Shown: positions 23,097 to 32,759 of the stretch, one piece after another
Numbering within the stretch: position 1 is the first letter of the stretch
How the letters are laid out: the number at the start of each line of letters is the position of its first letter
From: Candidatus Naiadarchaeum limnaeum
GTDB lineage: Archaea; Undinarchaeota; Undinarchaeia; Undinarchaeales; Naiadarchaeaceae
Assembly (NCBI GenBank): GCA_014189685.1
Contig: DVAB01000017.1
Span: forward strand, 1-40,748
Length of the DNA stretch: 40,748 nucleotides
Direction of reading: 5' to 3'
Notes under the pieces: generated by a model
What the model was told of the DNA's origin: nothing
The model's database searches: none
Seen by the model: only the letters and a program-made list of their open reading frames with translations
Position numbers and translations under genes: made by a program

Positions 23097-24712
23097 GATT
23101 TTCTTTTTGTCTTTTTATAATTAATGCAGGCTTTTATAAATTCCGCATAAATCGGACTTGGTTTTTCTGGCCGAGATTTAAATTCGGGGTGATACTGGGT
23201 TCCAATAAAGAAAGGATGATTTGAAAGCTCTGCAATTTCCATTAATGGTCGTTCAGGATGTTTTCCTGAAAAAACAAGCCCCTTAGATTCAATTTTTTCA
23301 ATGTAATCCGGATTTACTTCATATCTATGTCTGTGCCTTTCATGAATTAAATTTGATTTGTAAATTTTTTCTGCAAGTGTTCCCTTCTTTATTTTGCACG
23401 GCCAGCTTCCCAATCTTAAAGTCCCGCCCATTTGCTTAATTTGATATTTCTCTGGCAAAATATGGAGAACGGGGTGTTTTGTTCGCGGAGCGCACTCGGT
23501 TGTATGCGCGCCTTTCATTCCACAAACATTTCGTGCAAACTCAATCGTTGCCATTTGCATTCCATAGCACAAACCTAAGTATGGAATTTTATGCGTGCGC
23601 GCATAACCCACTGCTAAAATTTTCCCTTCAACTCCGCGCGGCCCAAAACCCCCAGGAACTATTAAGCCATCAACAGTATCCAGAACTTCTAATTTGCTTT
23701 TATCCTTTTCAAAATCCTCTGTTTCAATCCAAGAAATTTCAACTTTTGCATTATTAGCCAATGCTCCGTGTTTAACTGCTTCTAAAATGCTAACATAAGA
23801 ATCGCCTAGAGCCGTGTATTTGCCTGCCATCGCAATCCGTACATTATTTTTTGGATTGAGCATTCTGTTGACCATATACCTCCACTTTCTCAAATCAGTG
23901 CCAACTTTCAAATTTAATTTTTTAGCAATTTTTTTGCCCAGGCCTTCTTTTTCCAGAATAAGCGGGACTTCATATGAAATTCTTGCATCCGGATCTGAAA
24001 TTACGTTTTCCTCTGGAACATTGCAAAAATTTGATATCTTTCTGCGCGCCTTTTCTTCTAAGGGCTTTTTGCTTCTTGCTACGACAAAATCAGGCTGGAT
24101 TCCACTTTCTAATAAGCGCTGAACTGAATGCTGCGTGGGCTTGGTTTTTTGTTCCCCAACAACATCCAGAACAGGAACTAAAGTAACATGAACAAAAACA
24201 ACATTTTCAGGGCCTTCTTCCATGCGCATCTGTCTTAAAGCCTCAAGAAATGGCATGCTCTCTATGTCTCCGACTGTCCCTCCGACCTCAATTACACAAA
24301 TATCATGGCCCCTTGCAACTTTTCTTATCTCATGCTTAATCTCATCGGTTACGTGCGGAATAATCTGGACTGTTTTTCCCAGATAATCACCTTCGCGCTC
24401 CTTATCAATAACAGCTTTGTAAACTTTCCCTGTTGTTATGTTGTGATCCTTTGTTAAGTCAATATTTAGAAATCGCTCGTAATTTCCAAGGTCCATATCA
24501 ACTTCGCCGCCATCTTCCAGTACAAAAACTTCTCCGTGCTCAAAAGGATTCATTGTCCCTGCATCGACATTTATGTAGGGATCAATCTTAACCATTGTAA
24601 CATCGTACCCATAACTCTGAAGAATTTTGCCAATAGAACTCGAAACTAACCCTTTTCCCAATCCGGAAATAACTCCGCCTGTTGTTGCGATATATTTTGT
24701 TTTAGAAGGCAT
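23093..24712 (-). CDS. pyrG: CTP synthase
   Basis: [16 protein letters not shown] start, GLCYGMQ glutaminase nucleophile, and the HRHRYE motif. ATG 24712 (MPSKTKY) chosen over the 6-codon extension. ATGA-type overlap with htpX. Confidence 0.95.
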   Translation of the reverse strand: MPSKTKYIATTGGVISGLGKGLVSSSIGKILQSYGYDVTMVKIDPYINVDAGTMNPFEHGEVFVLEDGGEVDMDLGNYERFLNIDLTKDHNITTGKVYKAVIDKEREGDYLGKTVQIIPHVTDEIKHEIRKVARGHDICVIEVGGTVGDIESMPFLEALRQMRMEEGPENVVFVHVTLVPVLDVVGEQKTKPTQHSVQRLLESGIQPDFVVARSKKPLEEKARRKISNFCNVPEENVISDPDARISYEVPLILEKEGLGKKIAKKLNLKVGTDLRKWRYMVNRMLNPKNNVRIAMAGKYTALGDSYVSILEAVKHGALANNAKVEISWIETEDFEKDKSKLEVLDTVDGLIVPGGFGPRGVEGKILAVGYARTHKIPYLGLCYGMQMATIEFARNVCGMKGAHTTECAPRTKHPVLHILPEKYQIKQMGGTLRLGSWPCKIKKGTLAEKIYKSNLIHERHRHRYEVNPDYIEKIESKGLVFSGKHPERPLMEIAELSNHPFFIGTQYHPEFKSRPEKPSPIYAEFIKACINYKKTKRKS

Positions 24713-24746
24713 ATTGAACAAAAGGCGCATAGGTATAAAAAGTTTT

Positions 24747-25535
24747 CTATTTTTTAAAGAGCATAAGGCGCTCAGTTGAAAGAAAAGCTAAATACTTGCT
24801 TAAAAAGTCAAAAGGCGCGGAGATTAAGAAAATAAATGAAAGCCCTGCTTTAATTAATGGCAAAAAGCTGCTTTTTTCAAGTTTTTTGAAAAAAGCTATT
24901 GTATCTCGCACATCTCTGTATTTTGGACTAAAGCCATAGATTTTTTTAAGCAGTGTAAGATAAGCAAAATAAAGGTAAGGAAATCTAATTCCGCGTCCGC
25001 AGAGGAATCTTGCCCCAAAGTTTTCGAATGCACGCTTGTATTCTTTTACACTTCTACAAACAATATAATTTGAGCGCGTTTGCTTTGTCTGCCTTATTGT
25101 TTCAAAAATTGCAATCCTTCCTGGTTTTTTTGTAACTCTAATTAATTCGCTCACGGCTTTTTGAAAATCATTTTCATTTACAATGTGCTGCAGCGTAATA
25201 CAAGTATAAGTTAAATCAAAAGTATTGTTTTTAAACGGCAGTTTTGTAAGCGTACCAATTTTAAATTGGGTATTTGAAAATTTATTTGCGCTCCGCGCAT
25301 TTTGAATTGCAGTTTTTGAGCTATCAATTCCAAAAACTTTCTTCACGCGAGGAGCAAAAAAGAAACTCCACCGTCCTGATCCACAGCCTGCATCTAGAAC
25401 AACAAGCTTTTTATTGAGCTTGAGCCCATCTGAAAGAACTCGCTCAGTGTTTGAATTAAACTTTTTTGAAATATACGAACGCAGTGGGCTTGCTCTTTTC
25501 TCGGCAAACTCTTCCCAAATTTTATCAGCAGCCAT
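24747..25535 (-). CDS. Class I SAM-dependent methyltransferase
   Basis: Motif [13 protein letters not shown] and downstream [12 protein letters not shown]. The C-terminal ~60 aa are hydrophobic. Confidence 0.8.
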   Translation of the reverse strand: MAADKIWEEFAEKRASPLRSYISKKFNSNTERVLSDGLKLNKKLVVLDAGCGSGRWSFFFAPRVKKVFGIDSSKTAIQNARSANKFSNTQFKIGTLTKLPFKNNTFDLTYTCITLQHIVNENDFQKAVSELIRVTKKPGRIAIFETIRQTKQTRSNYIVCRSVKEYKRAFENFGARFLCGRGIRFPYLYFAYLTLLKKIYGFSPKYRDVRDTIAFFKKLEKSSFLPLIKAGLSFIFLISAPFDFLSKYLAFLSTERLMLFKK

Positions 25536-25558
25536 AGAACTCCGTAGTTTGTTTTAAA

Positions 25559-26248
25559 TTAATAAAACTTGCGCCGCCTTTTCTGCTTTTTTCCCTCTTC
25601 TGATTGCCGGTATTGAAAGCCAAGAAAAACAACAATTATTATAACAAGTACTATCCCAACAAGCGCATTCGGCTGAAGTTTTTTCGGAGTTGCCTTAGAA
25701 GGTGCTGTTTGAGTCGGAGCAATTACAGAAGGGAGCGAGGGCAGGGGAGGAACAGCTTCTGCAATGCTAGGAGTTGGAGGAGGGGGCATAATTGCGGTGT
25801 CAGTTGTCTTTGCAGCTGCTGCAAGATAATCTATTTTAAACCTAGCTGATGATGCAGTTAATATTTCAAGAACTGTAACTATTATATCGTTATCTCCGTC
25901 CGTATCAACATCTAGATAGGTTGGATTATTTATTCTAAGCTCAACATCAAATGGTGTTGAAGCAACAGTGATTACAACAACGCCTCCTGCAAGGCTTTTT
26001 AACATAATCGTATGAGCCGAGCCGCCAACAAAAAATGTAACAGTATCGCCGATATTTAGCGTAGGGCTGGAAGTTGGTTTTTCCTCTGAGACTACTACAT
26101 TAGCATTGGTAATTTCAATATCTTGAGAGGATTGAGTATTATCAATTATAACTGTGCCTGCCGCTCGAGCAACGTCTGCAGTAGGAGCAGCATTCGTTAA
26201 GCTTACACTTATAGCCAAAACTATTATGAGCAAAATATACTTTTTCAT
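25559..26248 (-). CDS. Secreted protein with C-terminal Pro-rich stalk, TM anchor and basic tail
   Basis: Signal peptide MKKYILLIIVLAISVSLTNA, a beta-rich domain, PPPPTPSIAEAVPPLPSLPSVIAPTQTAP, helix LVGIVLVIIIVVFLGF, then KKQKRRRKFY. Confidence 0.65.
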   Translation of the reverse strand: MKKYILLIIVLAISVSLTNAAPTADVARAAGTVIIDNTQSSQDIEITNANVVVSEEKPTSSPTLNIGDTVTFFVGGSAHTIMLKSLAGGVVVITVASTPFDVELRINNPTYLDVDTDGDNDIIVTVLEILTASSARFKIDYLAAAAKTTDTAIMPPPPTPSIAEAVPPLPSLPSVIAPTQTAPSKATPKKLQPNALVGIVLVIIIVVFLGFQYRQSEEGKKQKRRRKFY

Positions 26249-26315
26249 AGCTTAAAGCCATGAAAAGATAAACCTGAACATTTTATAAAGCTTGCGCTTC
26301 AAGAATTGAACAAAA

Positions 26316-28142
26316 TTATTCAACAGTTACTGACTTTGCAAGATGTCTTGGTTTGTCCGGGCTCAACCCACGCGCAACCGTTGTGTAATAGGCCAAAAGT
26401 TGCAGTGGCAAAATTTGTAAAAGTGGATACATGAGTGGATTTTCGACTTCAGGAACTTTTATTGCAATATTTGCGTGCTCTTTTACAGAAGTATCCTTCT
26501 CATTTGTAATCGCAATAATAAAACCGCTGCGGGCTTTTACTTCCTGCATGTTGCTAATTGTTTTTTCATGAGATTCAGGAGTTAAAGAGAAAATAACAGG
26601 CACATTTTCCTCAATTAAACTCAGAGTCCCATGCTTTAATTCGCCTGCCGGCATACCTTCTGCATGGATATAAGATATTTCCTTTAGCTTAAGTGCACCC
26701 TCCAAAATTAATGGATAAGAAATTCCGCGGCCTAAAAAGTAAATGTCCTTTGCGCTTTTTATTTTCTCTGCAGTTTCCTTTATTATATTAGTTATGAGAG
26801 AGAGAGTTTTCGCCTGCAATGCAGGAATTTTCTTAAGAGGAGCCGGATTTTTTCCTGCTAAATAAAAAGCAAGGGCATACAAAACAATTAGCTGTGTTAC
26901 AAAAGTTTTTGTTGCAATAACTGCTATTTCTGGGCCGGCGTTTGTGTGAACATTAAAATCAGCTTCTCTTGTTATTGAGCTTCCAATTACATTTGAAATT
27001 GCTAAAACTTTTGCCCCGCGCAATTTTGCATCTTCAAGCGCAAGCAAAGTATCAGCAGTTTCGCCGCTCTGCGAAATTGCAATTATTAAAGTGTTTTTAT
27101 CTACAATATTTGCAAGGCTCCAAGAGAATTCAGAAGCCAAAACAGCTTCGCATTGGATTTTGCATAAATTTTCAAACAAATATTTTCCGATTAAAGCTGC
27201 GTGGTATGAAGTTCCTGCAGCGACAAAAATTATTTTCTTAACCGCAAACTTTGTTTGCGGGTAGCGAAACCTTGGGTTTCGCATGAATTTCTTTACTTTA
27301 TGCGCGATTTTTTCAATTTCAGGCAGAGCTGCTAACGTGTCCTCTGTTGCACGCGGGATCTCATTTATTTCTTTTAGCGCAAAGTACTCATAGCCACCTT
27401 TTTCAGCAGCTTCGGCACTCCACTTTATGTTTTGAATTTGCTTTTTAACAACGCGGCTGGATTTTATTTCTTTCACAACTGCGCTTTCTTTTGCAATCAC
27501 TGCATACTCCCCATTCTCTAAAATTACCGCGCGCCTTGTTTCACTCAAAAATGCAGGAATGTCGCTTGCCACAAAATTCTCCCCATCCCCCAAACCGATT
27601 ATTAAAGGAGCATTATTTCGAGCCACAATTATTTTGTCAGGCTCATCTGCGTTCAAAACAACAAATGCAAAAGCGCCATGAATTTTTTTCAGCGAGTCGG
27701 AAACAGCGCTTTCAAAATTCTTTTTTTTCTTAAAATTTTCTTCAATTAAATGAGCAAAAACTTCTGTATCTGTTTCGGATTTGAATTTGTGCCCTTTTTC
27801 AAGTAAATCATTTTTAAGGTCCAGATAATTTTCAATAATTCCGTTGTGAATTACTGCGATTTTTTCATCGCAGGAAGTATGTGGATGCGCATTCCTCATG
27901 CTCGGAACTCCATGTGTTGCCCATCTTGTATGCCCGATTCCAATTTGCCCGGGAAGGGAGGGAAGGTCTGTGTGCAAAATAACATCATTTATGAAACCCT
28001 TGTCTTTTTTCAAAAATAATTTGCCGCCATTAATTGTTGCGATTCCAGCTGAATCATAACCGCGATATTCTAAACGCTTTAAGCATTCAAGTATAATTGG
28101 CGCAGCGCGCTTTTTCCCAACATATCCTATAATTCCGCACAT
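26316..28142 (-). CDS. glmS: Glutamine--fructose-6-phosphate aminotransferase (isomerising)
   Basis: MCGIIGY N-terminal nucleophile (ATG 28142), two SIS domains (AAGTSYHAAL; GRGISYPLILEGALKLKEISY), and C-terminal AKSVTVE. Confidence 0.95.
   Translation of the reverse strand: MCGIIGYVGKKRAAPIILECLKRLEYRGYDSAGIATINGGKLFLKKDKGFINDVILHTDLPSLPGQIGIGHTRWATHGVPSMRNAHPHTSCDEKIAVIHNGIIENYLDLKNDLLEKGHKFKSETDTEVFAHLIEENFKKKKNFESAVSDSLKKIHGAFAFVVLNADEPDKIIVARNNAPLIIGLGDGENFVASDIPAFLSETRRAVILENGEYAVIAKESAVVKEIKSSRVVKKQIQNIKWSAEAAEKGGYEYFALKEINEIPRATEDTLAALPEIEKIAHKVKKFMRNPRFRYPQTKFAVKKIIFVAAGTSYHAALIGKYLFENLCKIQCEAVLASEFSWSLANIVDKNTLIIAISQSGETADTLLALEDAKLRGAKVLAISNVIGSSITREADFNVHTNAGPEIAVIATKTFVTQLIVLYALAFYLAGKNPAPLKKIPALQAKTLSLITNIIKETAEKIKSAKDIYFLGRGISYPLILEGALKLKEISYIHAEGMPAGELKHGTLSLIEENVPVIFSLTPESHEKTISNMQEVKARSGFIIAITNEKDTSVKEHANIAIKVPEVENPLMYPLLQILPLQLLAYYTTVARGLSPDKPRHLAKSVTVE
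27242..27282. repeat. Tandem-hairpin palindromic element inside the glmS coding sequence
   Basis: CCGCAAAC-TTT-GTTTGCGG (27242-27260), gta, then GCGAAAC-CTTGG-GTTTCGC (27264-27282). It has the same GCGAAAC/GTTTCGC stem, 5-nt loop, 3-nt spacer and second 3-nt-loop hairpin as 16991-17037. Confidence 0.55.
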
Positions 28143-28163
28143 AGAATTCCAGTTTGCCGGCAT

Positions 28164-28174
28164 TATATATAAGC
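28164..28174 (-). promoter_or_regulatory. TATA box for glmS
   Basis: The reverse complement reads cttatatataa, 22-32 nt upstream of ATG 28142. Confidence 0.5.
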
Positions 28175-28206
28175 CCTATTAAAATTTTTTTAATACTACC
28201 AAAAAG

Positions 28207-28217
28207 TATTTATAAAG
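28207..28217 (+). promoter_or_regulatory. TATA box preceding an unusually long (~90 nt) structured leader
   Basis: tatttataaag. The next convincing start codon (28332) is about 115 nt downstream, unlike the 25-35 nt seen for other genes here. Confidence 0.4.
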
Positions 28218-28331
28218 GCTTTCCAATTTGAATTGTGCCATGCGGGCTTCGCGAAGCGAATGCCCTCAATGGAGGTATCGGAACCGGGTAAGGTTTAAAA
28301 AAAATTGCCTGGTTTCGAAGCAGGTTCCGAT

Positions 28332-29255
28332 ATGTATATAGTTGAAAAACAATCGCAAAAGTTGCTTACACTTCCTGCAAAGGAAGTAAAAGGGAAGAGC
28401 TTGTCTGTTTTTGGAAGCGAATTAGCAAATAGAATTTTAAAATTTCTTCCCGAAGGCCCCGCCTATCCAAAGGAAATTGCACAAAAACTAAATGTGCACG
28501 AGCAAAAAGTTTATTATCATATTAAAAATTTTGAGCGCAACGGATTAGTGAGAGTTGCGCGCACGGAAAACCGCCAGGGCGCGGTTGCAAAATATTATGA
28601 ATTAACAGAACCTGCATTTGTAGTACGATTTTCCGATTTACGAGAGACAACAAAAATCAGCGCTACAAATGAGAATGCACAAAAGTTTTTAGATCCATTT
28701 GTAAAAGATGGAAAATTAAACTGCACAATTATTATTGGCAGCCCGCAATCTCACGGCCCAGAAAGGGCGCGCTCAAACGATGGATATTACGCGATTGATA
28801 TTGCCCTTTTTCTTGGAAGCTACTTAAGCTATTATTCACCAGAACCTGTTGTAAAGCTTGACACTGAATTAAGAAACGGAGATTTAAAACAAAATATAAT
28901 TTCTCTTGGAGGGCCGATCGTGAATAAAATAACCGAACGCATGAATGCAAAAATGCCTGTGCGATTTGATTATAAAACAAAAAACATTATTTCAAAAGTT
29001 TCAGGAAAAACTTACAACGCAGATGAAACAGGATTAGTTGTTAAGATGCCAAATCCATATTCAAAAGGGCATTGGATAATTATTGTTGCAGGAAAAAGGT
29101 ATTCTGGAACTCGCGCTGCAACAATAGCTCTAACTAAACATACCGAAGAGCTTGCAAAAGGGAATAAAAAGGACAAAAAAGTTTTTGCAAAAGTTGTTGA
29201 GGGATTGGATTTAAATTCTGATGGAATTGTGGATGAGATTGAGTTTTTGGAATAA
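28332..29255 (+). CDS. ArsR/TrmB-like winged-helix protein with an uncharacterised C-terminal domain
   Basis: ELANRILKFLPEGPAYPKEIAQKLNVHEQKVYYHIKNFERNGLVRV (wHTH), followed by about 200 aa of unknown fold. ATG 28332 preferred over the tracked TTG 28305. Confidence 0.7.
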   Translation: MYIVEKQSQKLLTLPAKEVKGKSLSVFGSELANRILKFLPEGPAYPKEIAQKLNVHEQKVYYHIKNFERNGLVRVARTENRQGAVAKYYELTEPAFVVRFSDLRETTKISATNENAQKFLDPFVKDGKLNCTIIIGSPQSHGPERARSNDGYYAIDIALFLGSYLSYYSPEPVVKLDTELRNGDLKQNIISLGGPIVNKITERMNAKMPVRFDYKTKNIISKVSGKTYNADETGLVVKMPNPYSKGHWIIIVAGKRYSGTRAATIALTKHTEELAKGNKKDKKVFAKVVEGLDLNSDGIVDEIEFLE

Positions 29256-29285
29256 GTTTAAATTGGTATTGCCTAATTCTATCTT

Positions 29286-30047
29286 ATGGAACTAATCGAC
29301 TGCCACTCCCACATTAATTTAGAAGATTTTGATTCTGATAGAGCAGAAGTTTTGCGCTCTGCGGAAAAATCTGGAATAACTGCAATTTTAGATTCCGGCG
29401 GCACCTATTCTGAGTGCGAAAAAGTTTTGCAATTAGCAGAAAAATTTAAAATTTTAAAGCCTTCTTTGGGATGGCATCCTGCAAATATTAATTTGGAAGA
29501 GGCAAAAAGAACCACAGATTTTATCCGCACAGCCGCAAGTGAAAATAAAATTTATGCAATCGGAGAAATTGGGCTGGATTATTGGATTGTTAAAGAAGAA
29601 ACGCAGCGCGAAACACAGAAAGAGATTTTTAAAATTTATATTGATTTGGCAAAAGAACTTAATCTTCCAATTGTCACACACTCGCGCAGCGCAGGAAAAT
29701 ATGTTATTGAAATTTTAGAACAAGAAAAAGCAGAAAAAGTTTGTATGCACGCATTTGATGGAAAATTTGGAAGCGCAAAAAAAGGAATTGAGCTTGGATA
29801 TTGTTTTTCAATCCCGCCTTCGATTGTTCGAAGCGAGCAGAAACAAAAATTAGTAAAAAATTTGCCACTGGAAAATTTATTATTGGAAAGCGATGCACCT
29901 GTTCTGGGTCCAAATCCAAAAGAAAGAAATGTCCCTTCAAATATTAAAGTCGCAGTGCAGAAAATTGCAGAGATTAAAAAAGTAGATATAAGCGAAGCAA
30001 TTAAAACAACAACAAGAAACGCAAAAAAACTGTTCGCCTTAGAATGA
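29286..30047 (+). CDS. tatD: TatD-family metal-dependent hydrolase/DNase
   Basis: IDCHSHI start (HxH), GEIGLDY, HSR, and ESDAP motifs. Confidence 0.9.
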   Translation: MELIDCHSHINLEDFDSDRAEVLRSAEKSGITAILDSGGTYSECEKVLQLAEKFKILKPSLGWHPANINLEEAKRTTDFIRTAASENKIYAIGEIGLDYWIVKEETQRETQKEIFKIYIDLAKELNLPIVTHSRSAGKYVIEILEQEKAEKVCMHAFDGKFGSAKKGIELGYCFSIPPSIVRSEQKQKLVKNLPLENLLLESDAPVLGPNPKERNVPSNIKVAVQKIAEIKKVDISEAIKTTTRNAKKLFALE

Positions 30048-31378
30048 AAAAAATATTTCACAAATGGAAGGAGCTTGCCCTAATTATAGCAGTAATTCTT
30101 GCAGGGCTTGTTTTTCTTGCGCCTATTGAGATTGGAGCAAGGATTGTCGCTTCGATAATGGTTTTTGTTGCAGTCCTGTGGTTTACAGAGGCGCTTCCTC
30201 TTTGGATAACGGCTTTAATTGTGCCGGTGCTTTTGGTTGTGCTTGCGCGCATAAAACCGGTCAATGCATTCGCACCGTTTTTTGATCCGATAATTGCGCT
30301 TCTTCTGGGCGGCTGCGTGCTCGGGCAGGCAATACAGGTGCATAATTTTGACAAAAGGATTATTGAGAAGCTTATTTCATTTTTCGGAAAAAATTCCAAG
30401 ATTTTTCTTTTGGGACTTATGATAGTCACTGCACTTATCTCATTCTGGATATCAAACACGGCAACAGCAGCGCTTATGATGCCAATCGGGGTGGCAGTCC
30501 TGCTGGCAAGCCGCTTGAAGCCAGGCTCAAATTACGGAAGGGCGGTTGTTCTGGGAGTTGCATACGCAACAACGATAGGCGGGCTTGGAACGCCGGTTGG
30601 AACACCGCCAAACTTAATTGCAATCCGCTGGCTCGCTGAACACGGCATACACCTAAGCTTTTTGGGATGGACTATAAGGGCGCTTCCGCTTGTGGTAATC
30701 ATGATTCCGCTTGCATGGTTTGTACTAATAACATTTTACAAGCCTGAAATCCCTGTAATAAAATTTGCAGAAAAAGAAAAAAAGCCAATGAGCAGGGAGC
30801 AGAAAACTGTCTTCTGGGTTTTTGCTATAACTGTTTTGCTCTGGCTCACTGAAACTTTGCACGGGATTCACAATTCTGTGATTGCAATGCTCCCGGTTAT
30901 TACACTGTTTGGATTGAACCTGCTTGGAAAAAAAGATTTGTTTAAGATAGAATGGGATGTTCTCTTGCTGGTGGGAGGGGGGCTCAGCCTTGGAAACGCA
31001 ATTGTTCTCACTGGACTTGACAAGATTTTAGCCACAGGACTCGCAGGCGTGCTTGGCGGGCAGAGCGCTTTCATACTTTTCTTTGTACTGGCTTTGTTTG
31101 CAGTAGGATTTACTGCGTTTGTCGCAAACACTGGTGCTGCTGCGATCCTGATACCTGTAATGATACCACTGGCAAGCATACTGGGCGTAAGCCCGCTGGC
31201 AGTCGGGCTTGTTGTAGGCATGGTTGTTTCGTTTGACTTTATTGTTCCTGTTGGAACTCCTCCAAATGCAATGGCATATGGGACTGGATATGCAAAAGTC
31301 ATTGACATGGTAAAAGCAGGCTTGCTGCTTTCAATTTTAGGCTCGCTTGCTATTGAACTGATGGCATTTTTGTGGTGA
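30044..31378 (+). CDS. DASS/SLC13-type anion (sulfate/di-tricarboxylate) symporter
   Basis: Polytopic protein with two hairpin signature motifs (SNTATAALMMPI and VGTPPNA). ATGA overlap with tatD. Confidence 0.8.
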   Translation: MKKIFHKWKELALIIAVILAGLVFLAPIEIGARIVASIMVFVAVLWFTEALPLWITALIVPVLLVVLARIKPVNAFAPFFDPIIALLLGGCVLGQAIQVHNFDKRIIEKLISFFGKNSKIFLLGLMIVTALISFWISNTATAALMMPIGVAVLLASRLKPGSNYGRAVVLGVAYATTIGGLGTPVGTPPNLIAIRWLAEHGIHLSFLGWTIRALPLVVIMIPLAWFVLITFYKPEIPVIKFAEKEKKPMSREQKTVFWVFAITVLLWLTETLHGIHNSVIAMLPVITLFGLNLLGKKDLFKIEWDVLLLVGGGLSLGNAIVLTGLDKILATGLAGVLGGQSAFILFFVLALFAVGFTAFVANTGAAAILIPVMIPLASILGVSPLAVGLVVGMVVSFDFIVPVGTPPNAMAYGTGYAKVIDMVKAGLLLSILGSLAIELMAFLW

Positions 31379-31383
31379 ATGAG

Positions 31384-31518
31384 ATGAGCGCAGTAGGTTA
31401 CGAAGGACACATCTGGGAAGAGCTCTTTGGAAAGATAAGCTTTAAAAAGGTCGCGCTATACTTATTTGCAATAATATTAATAGTGGGGATTGCTATAGCA
31501 TATTTAGTGCTCAAATAA
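31384..31518 (+). CDS. Possible 44-aa tail-anchored membrane peptide
   Basis: Hand-found ORF MSAVGYEGHIWEELFGKISFKKVALYLFAIILIVGIAIAYLVLK, filling an otherwise empty 175-nt gap. There is no other support. Confidence 0.3.
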   Translation: MSAVGYEGHIWEELFGKISFKKVALYLFAIILIVGIAIAYLVLK

Positions 31519-31553
31519 TCCCCAGCGAAAAAAATGTTAGTGTGGTGGCATAG

Positions 31554-32216
31554 GTGAGGGGAAAAATATTAATCGCAATTGTATTTGCAATTATTTTGTT
31601 TTCTGCATACCAAATATTTGGACATTCCGCTAATGTTGAGAAGGCAAACACTGAAATTATTTCAGCGGGCGCACAAATTTCTAATACGAACTGGGAGGAA
31701 AGCATTAATTCTTACAGCTCGACTTTTGAAAATTCTTTAAAAAATTGTAATCCAGTTCGTAGCCCGCAGAAAAATTATGTGCAGATTTCAAATCCAACTG
31801 CAAAAGAACTTGCTTTTTCATTAACTAGAGATAGCAAAACAGATTTGGAAAAAGCAAATGCGTTTTTTGAATATGCTTCAGATGAAATAAAATATAATCG
31901 GTATGATAACTGGCGTACAACTTCTGAGGTTTTAGAGACAAAAGATGGTGACTGCACAGACAAATCAATTGTGCTTGTCTCTATGCTGAAAAATGTTGGC
32001 ATTGATTCTTACATTGTTTATGGAAATGAAATTGATGATTATTCGCATGCATGGGTTTCAGCTAAAATTGAGGGGAGATGGATGCAAATTGACCCAACAG
32101 CAAAAGAATTTTATTATATTTATTCATGCTTAGCGGATGAGAGCTGTGAATATAATAATTATTATTTGCCAATTGCTGGGATTTTTGATGAGAATGAAGT
32201 TTTGAAGTGTAATTAA
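31554..32216 (+). CDS. Transglutaminase-like cysteine protease-fold protein, membrane-anchored
   Basis: N-terminal TM and a catalytic-triad context: GDCTDKSIVLVSMLKNVGI ... HAWV ... IDPT. GTG start. Confidence 0.8.
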   Translation: MRGKILIAIVFAIILFSAYQIFGHSANVEKANTEIISAGAQISNTNWEESINSYSSTFENSLKNCNPVRSPQKNYVQISNPTAKELAFSLTRDSKTDLEKANAFFEYASDEIKYNRYDNWRTTSEVLETKDGDCTDKSIVLVSMLKNVGIDSYIVYGNEIDDYSHAWVSAKIEGRWMQIDPTAKEFYYIYSCLADESCEYNNYYLPIAGIFDENEVLKCN

Positions 32217-32758
32217 TCTGTTGGATGCCAGCCATCTTCCTTTAGCAATTGCAAAATACTATTATCCGCATAGTCAGAAGAGACACTATCTGGGATTCTA
32301 ATCTTTACTGAAAAATCATGATCAACTAGAAGAAACTTTATGTTACTTTCAGATTTTTCAATATTAAACCTGAGGCGCTCTGCGATTTCAGATAGTAAAG
32401 AATGTGGCTCAAGAAGAGGAACAAATACACGTTTTCTTGATTTGAGCATTCGCAAAAGGACAAAGGCAGAATATATCTTGAGGCCTCTAAAGTTATGCAG
32501 AACTGCTGCCCTTACATAATAACGCGCTTCATCTTTATCATAGTATATAGCAAAACCTATTATTTCGCCATTAAAAACCGCAACATATACCTGCTTTTTA
32601 TTTATATAATCTGAAAGATGCGTATCTATTAACGGAAACCATTTATTTGCTTTGCTTACCAAGTTATCTATATCTATAATTGCAGCAAAATCTTCTTTAG
32701 CAGCAAGCCTCATTGTTACTGGGCCCTTTGGAGACCTCTTAACCCAAACTTCGCTCAT
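32213..32758 (-). CDS. GNAT-like acetyltransferase domain protein
   Basis: MRLAAKEDFAAIIDID...VYVAVFNGEIIGFAIY...VLHNFRGLKIYSAFV resembles the GNAT beta4-alpha3 core. The assignment is weak. Confidence 0.45.
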   Translation of the reverse strand: MSEVWVKRSPKGPVTMRLAAKEDFAAIIDIDNLVSKANKWFPLIDTHLSDYINKKQVYVAVFNGEIIGFAIYYDKDEARYYVRAAVLHNFRGLKIYSAFVLLRMLKSRKRVFVPLLEPHSLLSEIAERLRFNIEKSESNIKFLLVDHDFSVKIRIPDSVSSDYADNSILQLLKEDGWHPTD

Positions 32759-32759
32759 A

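Noticed and set aside
28305-28331. TTG start at 28305 for the ArsR-like gene, as given in the ORF track.
   Set aside because: The added residues (MPGFEAGSD) fall inside the predicted leader helix. ATG 28332 begins a sensible N-terminus. This remains uncertain.
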